From: a virus
Lineage: Duplodnaviria > Heunggongvirae > Uroviricota > Caudoviricetes
Reading direction: 5' to 3' (one strand)
DNA: 64,000 nucleotides
IMG/VR virus record: IMGVR_UViG_3300046507_000435
Span: 1-64,000 of that record
This document shows positions 54,920 through 64,000 of the stretch, one piece after another; positions within the stretch are counted from its first letter, which is position 1, and every line of letters starts with the position of its first letter. The translations under genes and the position numbers were made by a program. Under the pieces are notes generated by a model. The model was not told where the DNA came from. It worked only from the letters and a program-made list of their open reading frames with translations, and did no database searches.

Positions 54920-57900
54920 ATGAATTTGAATGACGCCCGCAAGATGATGCCCGAACTCAATGGCCTGTCCGATCAGGACGCCGTTGACGTGATCCACCAA
55001 GTCTATTACCCGGCCGCCGACAAGGCCAAGCTGAGCACGCTGCTGGGCGTGGCACCGCCAGCGCCGCCGGCGCCACCGCAGGCCGGCGTGCTGCGCACCA
55101 TGGGCGACATGGCCATCAAGGGCGCGCAGGGTGTGGTGGATCTTGGTTCGTCCGTGGTCGGGCTGGGTAGCCTGGCCACCGGTGGTCTGGTAGGGCAGGG
55201 CGCGCGCGCGATCGGCTACGATCCGAAGCGCACCAACGAGATCCTGGGCGAATACCTGTCCGACAGCCAGAAGGCATCGGATAACGCCGTGTCGAGCGCC
55301 GACGGCTTCACCGACGCGATCGCCGCATCGATCCAGAACCCGCGCGCTATCGCCGGCAGCATCGTGCAGTCGGCGCCGGGCATGATCGGCGGCATGGGCG
55401 TCACCAACGCCGTGGCCGGCCGCATCGCCGCGCGCGCCGCGCTGGCCACCGCCGAGGGCGCATCGGCCAGCGCTGCCCAGCTGGCCGCCGGCAAGAGCGC
55501 CGCCAAGGCAGCCGAAGCCGCGCTGGCCACCAAGGCCGGCGGCGCCGCCGCGCAGGCGGCCGTGGAGGCGGCTGGCTCCAAGCTGGTCGCGCTGGGCGCC
55601 GCCACCGAGGGCGCGCAAAGCGCCGGCCAGATCGCCGACGATGCGCAGGCAGCCGGGCGCGGCTATGGTGACTACGCGCTGCCGGCACTGGCCGCCGGCG
55701 CCGGTACCGCCGCGATCGGGCTGGGCGCGGGCAAGCTGATGGGCGATTCGGCCACCCAGATCGCCACCGGCGCCAAGTCGGCCGGCGTGCACGGCAACAT
55801 GGCCACGCGCGCGGCCAAGGAATTCATCAGCGAAGGCCTGCTGGAAGAGGCGCCGCAATCGGCGCAGGAGCAGTATTTCACCAACATCGCGCAAGGCGAG
55901 CAGGACCGCAGCAAGGGCGTGGCCAACGCCGCCGGCAGCGGCCTGATCACCGGTGGCGTGATGGGCGCCGGCATGGGCGCGATCCAGCATGACCATGGCG
56001 CAGCCGCCCCGGTGCAGCTGCCCAACACCGGCCCGCTGTCGCAGGCGGCCAACGCGGGACAGGCGGCCCTCGCCGCACAAGCCAACGCCACGGCGCCGCA
56101 GGGCACCGCCGCGTCCGCAGCGCCAGCAGGCCCGTCGCTGGCCGATATCGACGCGCGCATGGCCGAGCTGGTGGCGATCGGGCAGGGCAGCACCGCCAAG
56201 CGCGCCATGGACGCCGCCGGCAACAAGAACACCATTCCGGCCGTCGCCGGTCGCCCGCTGACGCAGGACGAGATCGCCGAATTCAACGGCCTGAAGCAGG
56301 CGCGCGCCGAGCGCACTGCCATCCCGGCCGAGCAGCAGGGCGAATTCAACGCGCTGCTGCAGCAGGAGCAGGCCGAGCAGAACCAGAAATACGCCGCCAC
56401 CATCGAGGCGGCCAAGGCCTCGCGCGCCGCCGCCGAGGATCAGCAGATCCACGCCATGCTGGCCGACGACGAGCGCCGCCAGCGCGAAGCCGAGCAGCAG
56501 CACCTGGCCCAGCAGATCGCCGACAGCGACGCCCGCGTGGAGCAGGCCCGCCTGGCGCAGGCCGCCGCCAACCGCGCCGCGCTGCGCGATCAGATCCTGG
56601 CCAACGACCAGTTCCCCACCGCGCGCCAGAAGAAAAAGGCGATGCGCGCCGCGCTGGTCGAGGGCGGCTACACCCACGCCGACCTGACCGACGACGACCA
56701 CCGCGCGATCGATTCCGTCACCACGCTGGCCGGCGCGCCGGACGTGCAGGCCGCGCCGGCAGACGCCGCGCTGGACCCAATCCCGAGCGCCCCGAATGAG
56801 CTGGTGGACGCGGTACCGGAGCGCGCCGCCCCGGCGCCGGCACCGGCTGGCACCAACACCCGCGCCGTGGACGAGGCGATCGCCTCCGGCATGCGCTTGA
56901 AAACCGCCAGCGGCAAGCTGCTGCACAAGCCAGGCTCCAACAAGGTATTCCGCCTGTCGGATGCCCAGAAAGACTATTACCTGCAGGCCATCGAGCGCCA
57001 GGCGCGCGGCGAATCCGCGCCCGTCGTCGCACCGATCGCGCCGGCCGAAGAGCCGGCGGCACCGGCCGCAGCGCCATCGGCGATCGACCTGGCGGCCCAT
57101 GAGGCGGCCACCTCGCCACTGAACGACCTGCCGGAACCGACCGAGGCCCAGAAGGAGGCGGGCAACTATAAAGTGGGCCGCGCCTCGCTGCACGGGCTGG
57201 ACCTGTCGATCGAGAATCCGGCCGGATCGACTCGCCGCGGCGTGGACCGCGACGGCACCGCATGGGAAAACACCATGCAGCACCATTACGGCTATATCCG
57301 TGGCACCGTGGGCGCCGACAAGGACCATATCGACGCCTTCATCGGCCCGCATCAGGACAGCGAGAAGGTCTTCGTCATCGATCAGGTGCACCCGGACAAC
57401 CGCCAGTTCGATGAACACAAGGTCATGCTGGGCTTCGACTCGCGCCAGCAGGCGCTGGCGGCCTACCAGAGCAACTACGCCGCCAACTGGACCGGCGCCG
57501 ACCGCCTGACCGAAACCGACATCGACGGCTTCAAGACCTGGCTGGCGCGCGGCAAAACCGCCAAGGCCTTCGCCGACCGCGCCCCGGCGCACGCCATCGT
57601 GCACGACCTGGTGCCCGCCGCCAACGACGATGACGGCCTGCCGACTCCCGCCCCGGCCGCTGCGCCCGAAGTGGCGCGGACCATGACCAAGTCCGAGCTG
57701 AACAAGCTGCTGGTGCCCGACATGAGCGACGACCAGCTGCGCCAGGCGCGGACCGTGTTTGCCGGCCTGCCGCGCGAACCGAAGATCCTGCGCGAACTGG
57801 CGCGCCGTGGCCTCGACGCCGCAGCACCAGTGGCCGACGCCGCCGCGCCAATGACCAACACCACCCCGGCCGAAGCCGGCCCGAACGGCATGCACGCCAA

Positions 57901-60344
57901 CGCCACCGCCCCGGAGCACATCCACGTCGGCGTGGATGACCGCGAGCTGGGCCAGATCGTGGACGAATTCAACGCCGCCCAAGCAGACATGATGGACGGC
58001 GAGCACCCGGTGTCGAACGTCTTCCAGCCGCCTGCCAAGGGCGACGTGGTGCGCCTGCAGGAGAAATCCAAGGGCAAGCTGTGGAATCCGGTCGAAGTAA
58101 AAGCCTACAACAAGAATCTGGACCTGCGGGACGAGCTGACCGCCGCCGGCAAGCCGGTACCGGCCGAGCTGGACAAGGCGATCAGCGACTTTGAGGCAGT
58201 CTACCTGCCGCACGTGGCCCGCCTGAAGGCCGAAGCAGCCGTCGAAATCGGCAGCTGGAAGGACCACGCCAAGAAACAAGGCATGGACCCGGCCACCCGC
58301 AGCGCCAACGGCCGCAAAATCGTGCTGTCGCTGTTCGACCTGTCGGGCGAATGGTCGCGCCCATGGGAAGAGGCCGGCTATCAGGTGTACCGCTTCGACA
58401 TTCAGGACGATCCAGTCGTCGGCGACGTGAATAACTTCTCGACCGACTTCTTCGGCGACTGGTTCGGCGACTTCGACGGGCTGGACATCTACGCCATTCT
58501 GGCGGCCACCCCCTGCACTGACTTCGCCGTGTCCGGCGCGCGCCACTTCGCCGCCAAGGATGCTGACGGGCGCACCGTGGCCAGCGTCAAGCTGGTGCAC
58601 CAGACGCTGCGCACCATCGAATACTTCAAGCCGGCCGTATGGGGACTGGAAAACCCGGTCGGCCGCATCGAGAAGCTGGGCGGACTGCCACCATGGCGTT
58701 TGTCGTTCGACCCGAACCACCTGGGCGATTCCTACACCAAGAAAACCCTGATCTGGGGCCGCTTCAACGCCAACCTGCCCGTGGCGCCGGTCGAGCCGAC
58801 CGAGGGCAGCAAGATGCACAAGCTGTACGGCGGCAAGAGCATGGCCACCAAGAACGCGCGCAGCGTCACCCCCGAAGGTTTTAGTTATGGCTTCTTCATG
58901 GCCAACAACGCCATCGACCACCCCGCCATGGCGATCGCCAACAAGTACGACCGTTTGGACCGCAGCCTGATCGAGCAGGCCTTGGCCACCGGCGTGACCG
59001 AGGACCAGATCAACGACGCGGTCGAGGACCACTACTATATGGATCTGGACGACGACGCCGCCAACGACGCCCTGCGCACGCTGATTGACGCGGCCAGCGC
59101 GCCCGTCGAGGTTAAATATTACCCGCTGCGGGACCGTCACGACCAGCTGCGCATCAAGGGCGACTGGGAGCCACAGGGCAACGATTGGGCCAAGATCCCG
59201 GCCACGAATTCGCCGGCGGGCATCGAGGCGGCCATCGCGCAGGAGCGCGCCGACGGCAGCGCGCCGGTGCTGCGTCCCGCCCCGAACCATCCCGACCTGA
59301 AGAGCTACACCACCGAGGAAGCGCAAGCCGAGTGGGATAGCGCCCGCCCGGGCAAGCGCGGCATGTTCCTGGGCCGCATCGAGCAGCGCGACTCGGACAT
59401 GCTGGGCAAGAGCTGGGACGAGCTGACGCCGGCCGAGCGCCTGGCCGTGCAACACGCCCTGAACGAAGATTTTTACTCCAACATGTGGTACGTCAACACC
59501 CGTGGCCAGCAGGTCGCCCTGGGTGACATGCCGCAGGCGGCGCCGAAATCGGCCGCCCAGCTGGCCGACGAGCAGGCCGCCATCACCTGGGCCGACATGC
59601 CCCCGCGCGAGCGCTACAGCCTGCTGTTGGCGCACCATGTCGGCAAGGATGCCGAGCAGGGCCAGCACGTCAACTGGGACCAGCTGGGGCCGGATCTGCG
59701 CGCGCGCATCGCCGCCACCCTGGCGGCGCAGGCCCGCGCACCGCTGGCCGCGGCTGAAGCGCCGGCCGAGGCGAAACCCGCCAAAAAGGGTAAGGCCAAG
59801 GCCGCGCCAGGCGCCGCCGTGCTGCGTCAGGATTACGGCGTCAAGCACATCGACGGCTATACCGACACCCCGGAACTGCCGGCCGACCGCAATGGCGACC
59901 AGCCAACGGGCGGCGTCAAGGAAGCCTTCTTAAAAGACACCAAGGCCTATCTGCAGGATGTCGCCGCCGTGCTGCAGGAGCGCGGTTTTACGGCGCACGT
60001 CGATGGCAAGGGTAAGGCCATGAAACCGGTCCACATCAGCGAGGGCGGGCCGGCTGGTTCGGGCGATGTCAGCCTGGCGATGTACAACGAGAGCGCCAAG
60101 CAGGGCATTTACGTCAAGATCGGCGAAACACTGGGCGGCTTTGCGCCGTCCACTGCCAGCAACATCGGCGTCATGATGCGCGTCACCGAGCGCGCCAACC
60201 CGTACGGCGGCCATGAAAACCGCTGGATGCCAACCGACTTGAACGCCAAAGAGCTGGCCAGTTACATCGAAACGGCGGTGACCCCGTATGCGGCAGCGGC
60301 AAAATCCACTACACTGACCCCTAATCAAGAGCAGAAAGACAACG
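54920..60344 (+). CDS. giant virion-associated polyvalent protein, part A (Ala/Gly-rich N-terminus, unknown central domain, C5-cytosine MTase-like core); 3' end unresolved
   Basis: The reading frame with codon starts at positions of the form 3n+2 is open from ATG 54920 to the window end. It is absent from the ORF track because it has no in-window stop. It has coding-like high GC3 and sensible sequence. AATPCTDFAVSGARHFAAKDADGRT...AVWGLENPVG matches C5-MTase motifs IV (Pro-Cys) and VI (ENV). Coding switches to another frame at about 60345. Confidence 0.6.
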
Positions 60345-60683
60345 ATGGACATAGCGACACTGGCCGCCCAAGCGCGGCACCACTGGACCACCTGGCTGCC
60401 GGCCAAGACGGCGCGGCTGCAGTCGGAGGGCACGCTGACGGAAGCGACGCAGGCGGCCGCGAAGGCGGCGCAGCAGCAGATCAGCGAGCTGATGAGCCTG
60501 CACGGGCACAAGGAGCACGAAGCGCTGGAGTCGGCGCTGAAGGACCACATCCTGTTACCGCCGGAACCGCCAAGCGCGGACGACTGGGAAGCGCAGGAGC
60601 TGAACGCCAAGGAAACGCAGTACCAGCAGATGATGCGCGCGGCGCAGCCCCGGATCGATCCGTCGGACGAGCGCGTGGTGTAA
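60345..60683 (+). CDS. 113-aa ORF in a different frame (separate small gene, or the frameshifted C-terminus of part A)
   Basis: Clear coding GC3 (nearly all third positions G/C). Protein-like sequence MDIATLAAQARHHWTTWLPAKTARLQSEGTL...DDWEAQELNAKETQYQQMMRAAQPRIDPSDERVV. The frame opens only 10 codons upstream at a TGA (60315-60317). Confidence 0.4.
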   Translation: MDIATLAAQARHHWTTWLPAKTARLQSEGTLTEATQAAAKAAQQQISELMSLHGHKEHEALESALKDHILLPPEPPSADDWEAQELNAKETQYQQMMRAAQPRIDPSDERVV

Positions 60684-60739
60684 CGCCGGCGGCACTGGCC
60701 GCCCAAGCTGAGCCGGCCGCCCCGGCCGTACAGCGCACC

Positions 60740-63700
60740 GTGCCGGCGGCGCCCAACGTCCCGGCCCAGAATTTCCGTATCACCGACGCCCTGCAGCTGG
60801 GCGAAGGTTCCGAACTGGTTAAATTCAACGACAACCTGACCGCGATCGCCACCTTGAAAGCGATCGAGGGCGAGAACCGCCGCGCCACCCCGGCCGAGCA
60901 ATCTCTGCTGGCCCGCTACGTGGGTTGGGGTGGGCTGGCCAACGCCTTCCCATCGCCGGAAACGGGCGAATACAAGGACGCCTGGGCCAAGCGCGGCCCG
61001 CAGCTGGCCGAACTGCTCACGCCCAAGGAATACGCGCTGGCGCGCCGCTCCACGCTCGATTCGCACTACACCTCGAAAACGGTGGTGGACGCCATGTGGG
61101 CGGCCGCGCGCCGTCTGGGCTATCAGGGTGGCCTGGCGCTGGAGTCGTCCATGGGCGCCGGCAATTTTATCGGCCTGATGCCCGAGCAGCTGGCCAGCCA
61201 CACCAAGTTCGTCGGCGTCGAGTACGACAGCCTGACCGCGCGCATCGCCAGCCTGCTGTATCCGCAGGAAACCGTCTTGAATGCCGGCTTCCAGAACGTG
61301 CCACTGCCGGACGGCAGTTTCGACCTGGCGATCGGCAATCCGCCGTTCGGCGAGCAGTCGCTGCGCTTCCAGTTCAAGCCGGAAATCAATGGCCATTCGA
61401 TCCACAACCAATTCTTCCTGGGCGCGATCGACGCCGTAAAACCGGGCGGCCTGCAGGTGCAGGTTGTCTCGCGCTACCTGCTCGACAAGCAGGACAAAAG
61501 CTCGCGCGTGGCGCTGGCCAAGCGCGCCAAGCTGCTGGGCGCGATCCGCCTGCCCGACACCGCCTTCAAGGAAAACGCCCGTACGTCGGTCGTCACCGAT
61601 ATCGTGTTCCTGCAGCGCCTGACCCCGGCCGAAGAGACACACATGGCCATCGCCTTCGACGCCGCGGCCGCGCGTCCGGAGAAGAGCCGCGATGCCGAGG
61701 CGGAGCGCCAGGCGCTGATCGCGCATATCCCGGCATGGGTCAACACCACCACCGTGGCCGACCCGCTGGGCGGCGACGCGATCCCCGTCAACAGCTACTT
61801 CGCCGCGCACCCGGACATGGTGCTGGGCACGCTGGAGCGCTCCGGCAAGATGGCCTACCGGGGCGACGTGACGGTGCGCCCGGCCGAGGGCATCGCATTG
61901 TCCGAGCAGCTGGCGCGCGCGATCGCCGCGCTGCCGCAGGATGTCATGGTGCAGGCGCCGGACGCGATCGCCGCGTCGCTGGCGCGTCACAAGGACATGA
62001 GCGAGGCGCTGCGCATCGTGTTGGCCGGCCATGAGAATGGCGCCATCCGTCTGGAAAACGACGGTGCGCTGATGCAGGTCATCGAGCGCGAAACCCCGGA
62101 GGGTGGCTACGAGCTGACCCGCCGCGTGCTGTCGCCCACCTCGCCATGGTCGGACCAGCTGTATCTGGACCGCAATGGCCAGTGGTACAGCGTGGAGGCG
62201 GTCAACGGCACCGACGGCAAGCCACTGAAGGTCATCAAGGATGGCAAGGTCACCAAGCGCAACGTTTACGAGCGCAAGAGCTTCGGCAGCGATGCCGAGA
62301 TCCCGGCCAGCATGCAGCTGGGGCAGACCCGCTTTGAGCGCTTAAAACAGATGGTGCAGCTGCGTGACCTATTAAAAGAGCAGATCACGCGCGAAACCGA
62401 GAACGCCACCGAGGCCGACATCGAGGCCAACCGCGCCCAGCTGGCGCAGGCCTATGCCGCCTTCACCAAGGCGCACGGCTACATCAACGAGCCGGCCAAC
62501 GCCGCCCTGGTGGCCAACATGCCAGACGGCGCGCTGGTGCAGGCGCTGGAATTTGGCTACCGCCCGGCCATTTCGGCCGCGCGCGCCGCCCGCGCCAAGG
62601 AAAAAGCCCGTCCGGCGTCCGCCGAGCCGGCGCCGATCCTGTCCAAGCGCGTGATTGTTCCGTACGAGGCACCGACCGCCGCGTCATCGACCGCCGACGC
62701 GCTGGCCATCACCCTGGCCGAGCAGGGCAAGGTGGATCTGGAGCGCATCGGCGCCCTGGTGGGCAAGAGCGCGGCCGACATCGCCGCCGACATGGCCGCC
62801 ATGGAGCACCCGCTGCTGTTCAAAGACCCGGAATCGGGCCAGTGGCAGACCCGCAGCGAGTACCTGTCGGGCCAAGTGAAACGCAAGCTGGGCGCAGCCC
62901 GCGAGGCCGGCCTGCAGCAGAACATCGCCGCGCTTGAAGCGGTGCAGCCGGAGGCATGGGGCGCGGAAAGTGTGACCGCCTTGCTGGGTTCGTCGTGGAT
63001 TCCATCGGATGTCTACGCCGATTTTATTGCACACCTGTCGGGCAACGCCGCCGAGGTGCGCTTCGCGCCGCTCACCAACAGTTTTAGCGTCAACGCGCCA
63101 ACCACCACCCGCGCCAATGAGGAAGAATGGGGCTCGACCGGCTACAAGGCGGCCGAGCTGGTGTCGGACCTGCTCAACAGCAAGCCGATCCGCGTCATGA
63201 CGCGCGACGCCAACGACAACCTGGTGGTGCACCGCGAGTACACCGACCTGGCGTTATTAAAAGCGCGCGCCATCGTCAATGAGTTCAACGACTGGGTCTA
63301 CAAGGACGGCGAGCGCCGCGCCCGTCTGGTGGGCATCTTCAACGACAAGTTCAATACCCGCGTCAACCGCCAGCACGATGGCAGCCACTTGGTGTTGCCG
63401 GGCAAGGTGCCGGACGCAGTGATCAGCATGCGCCGCCACCAGAAGAACGCCATCTGGCGCGGCATTTCCGAGCGCTTTATGTTGGTCGACCACACCGTCG
63501 GCGCCGGCAAGACGTTTACCGCGATCGCGCGCGCCATGGAACGGCGCCGCATGGGCCTGTCCAAAAAGCCGGCCATCATCGTGCCGAACCACATGGTCGA
63601 GCAGTTCGCCGCCGACGTGTACCGCCTGTATCCGGGCGCCAAGGTGCTGGCCGCCGGCAAGAAGGATTTTGAACGCAGCCGCCGCCGCCAGCTGTTCGCC

Positions 63701-64000
63701 AAGATCGCCACCGGCGACTTCGACATCGTCATCATCCCGCATTCGTCGTTCGGCTTTATTGGCATCGCGCCGGAAACCGAAGAGCGCTACCTGCAGGCCG
63801 AGCTGGCGCAAGCCCAGCAGGCCGTCATCGACGCGCAGGAAGCGGCCGACGAGAACGGCCACGAGGGTTTTAGAAAACCGTTCGGCGTCAAGGAGGCCGA
63901 GCGTCTGGTGGACACCATCACCGCACGCATGGACGCCGTCAAGGGGAGCAAAAACCGTGACCGCCTGCTGACGTTTGAGCAGATGGGCATTGACGACATG
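60740..64000 (+). CDS. giant polyvalent protein, part B: N6-adenine DNA methyltransferase followed by a DEAD/SNF2-like helicase (DarB-like), 3'-truncated; start uncertain
   Basis: GLALESSMGAGNFIG is MTase motif I. DLAIGNPPFGEQ is motif IV (NPPF). DHTVGAGKTFTAIA is helicase motif I (Walker A). DIVIIPHSSF is motif II-like. No in-frame ATG lies between 60683 and about 61090; GTG 60740 is taken as a provisional start. Confidence 0.6.
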   Translation, partial: MPAAPNVPAQNFRITDALQLGEGSELVKFNDNLTAIATLKAIEGENRRATPAEQSLLARYVGWGGLANAFPSPETGEYKDAWAKRGPQLAELLTPKEYALARRSTLDSHYTSKTVVDAMWAAARRLGYQGGLALESSMGAGNFIGLMPEQLASHTKFVGVEYDSLTARIASLLYPQETVLNAGFQNVPLPDGSFDLAIGNPPFGEQSLRFQFKPEINGHSIHNQFFLGAIDAVKPGGLQVQVVSRYLLDKQDKSSRVALAKRAKLLGAIRLPDTAFKENARTSVVTDIVFLQRLTPAEETHMAIAFDAAAARPEKSRDAEAERQALIAHIPAWVNTTTVADPLGGDAIPVNSYFAAHPDMVLGTLERSGKMAYRGDVTVRPAEGIALSEQLARAIAALPQDVMVQAPDAIAASLARHKDMSEALRIVLAGHENGAIRLENDGALMQVIERETPEGGYELTRRVLSPTSPWSDQLYLDRNGQWYSVEAVNGTDGKPLKVIKDGKVTKRNVYERKSFGSDAEIPASMQLGQTRFERLKQMVQLRDLLKEQITRETENATEADIEANRAQLAQAYAAFTKAHGYINEPANAALVANMPDGALVQALEFGYRPAISAARAARAKEKARPASAEPAPILSKRVIVPYEAPTAASSTADALAITLAEQGKVDLERIGALVGKSAADIAADMAAMEHPLLFKDPESGQWQTRSEYLSGQVKRKLGAAREAGLQQNIAALEAVQPEAWGAESVTALLGSSWIPSDVYADFIAHLSGNAAEVRFAPLTNSFSVNAPTTTRANEEEWGSTGYKAAELVSDLLNSKPIRVMTRDANDNLVVHREYTDLALLKARAIVNEFNDWVYKDGERRARLVGIFNDKFNTRVNRQHDGSHLVLPGKVPDAVISMRRHQKNAIWRGISERFMLVDHTVGAGKTFTAIARAMERRRMGLSKKPAIIVPNHMVEQFAADVYRLYPGAKVLAAGKKDFERSRRRQLFAKIATGDFDIVIIPHSSFGFIGIAPETEERYLQAELAQAQQAVIDAQEAADENGHEGFRKPFGVKEAERLVDTITARMDAVKGSKNRDRLLTFEQMGIDDM

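Larger units (their letters stand above)
4134..64000. mobile_element. temperate phage with plasmid replication/partition modules (candidate phage-plasmid); both ends lie outside the window
   Basis: Contiguous plasmid replicon and partition locus, lambdoid immunity and O/P replication genes, integrase, tRNAs, terminase-portal-capsid-tail-lysis genes and virion anti-restriction proteins. No chromosomal housekeeping genes and no att duplication are visible in the window. Confidence 0.55.

Noticed and set aside
54890-59848. 1652-aa minus-strand ORF (and 59930..62032, 62684..63232, 63257..63862 minus ORFs)
   Set aside because: Arg/Gly/Ala-rich composition with poor GC3 pattern. They are antisense shadows of the plus-strand giant genes, which have clear MTase and helicase motifs and high GC3.
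60925-62034. 369-aa plus ORF overlapping the N6-MTase region
   Set aside because: Wrong frame. It is R/G-rich, while the frame carrying GNPPFG and the motif I FxGxG is clearly the coding one.

Overview
This 64-kb window is ~65% GC and looks betaproteobacterial. Almost all of it appears to be a temperate phage carrying plasmid-maintenance modules, i.e. a candidate phage-plasmid; neither end of the element falls inside the window. All calls rest on motif and pattern reading of the translated ORFs and the DNA; no searches were run.

Layout along the window:
- 1-4.1 kb: accessory genes. These are a glycine-zipper lipoprotein, a membrane protein, a SprT-like HExxH Zn-peptidase, a MazE/MazF toxin-antitoxin pair and four small genes.
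- 4.1-7.3 kb: an iteron-type plasmid replicon (Rep_3-like initiator, five 19-bp iterons, AT-rich stretch) next to a ParA / ribbon-helix-helix partition operon with a 15-bp x10 centromere array.
- 7.4-12 kb: a leftward operon of small genes, then a convergent pair made of a receiver-like protein and a LuxR-family autoinducer receptor. A small divergent ORF sits beside the LuxR gene, directly abutting the immunity region.
- 12-19 kb: an uncleavable CI-like repressor and CII-like activator, divergent. Then a C5 cytosine methyltransferase, a DUF1364 (YbcO-like) protein, lambda O-like and P-like replication proteins with iteron-like repeats inside the O-like gene, and a Q-like candidate.
- 19-26 kb: a tyrosine recombinase with an adjacent 9-bp repeat region. 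Then an SPFH/prohibitin-family protein, about ten small genes, and a LexA (SOS) box upstream of a small gene that is a candidate antirepressor.
- 26.3-26.7 kb: tRNA-Asn(GTT), tRNA-Gly(TCC) and one aberrant tRNA-like sequence.
- 27-54.9 kb: morphogenesis genes. These are small and large terminase, a P22-like portal, scaffold, major capsid followed by a strong terminator, and tail and fibre genes including a low-GC fibre gene and an 866-aa protein with three LamG/ConA-like repeats. A lysis cassette sits inside the tail region: holin, GH19 endolysin, and Rz with an embedded Rz1 lipoprotein. A SET-domain protein and candidate internal virion proteins follow.
- 54.9->64 kb: two very large plus-strand reading frames that the supplied ORF track omits because they run off the window. 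The first carries a C5-MTase-like core. The second carries an N6-adenine MTase (NPPF motif) followed by a DEAD/SNF2-like helicase Walker A, the architecture of P1 DarB-type virion anti-restriction proteins. A reading-frame switch near 60.3 kb separates them.

Most interesting points: a phage-borne LuxR receptor beside the immunity switch; the SOS-box/antirepressor arrangement with an uncleavable CI; the phage-plasmid replicon; the SET-domain protein in the virion module; and the giant multi-MTase/helicase proteins.
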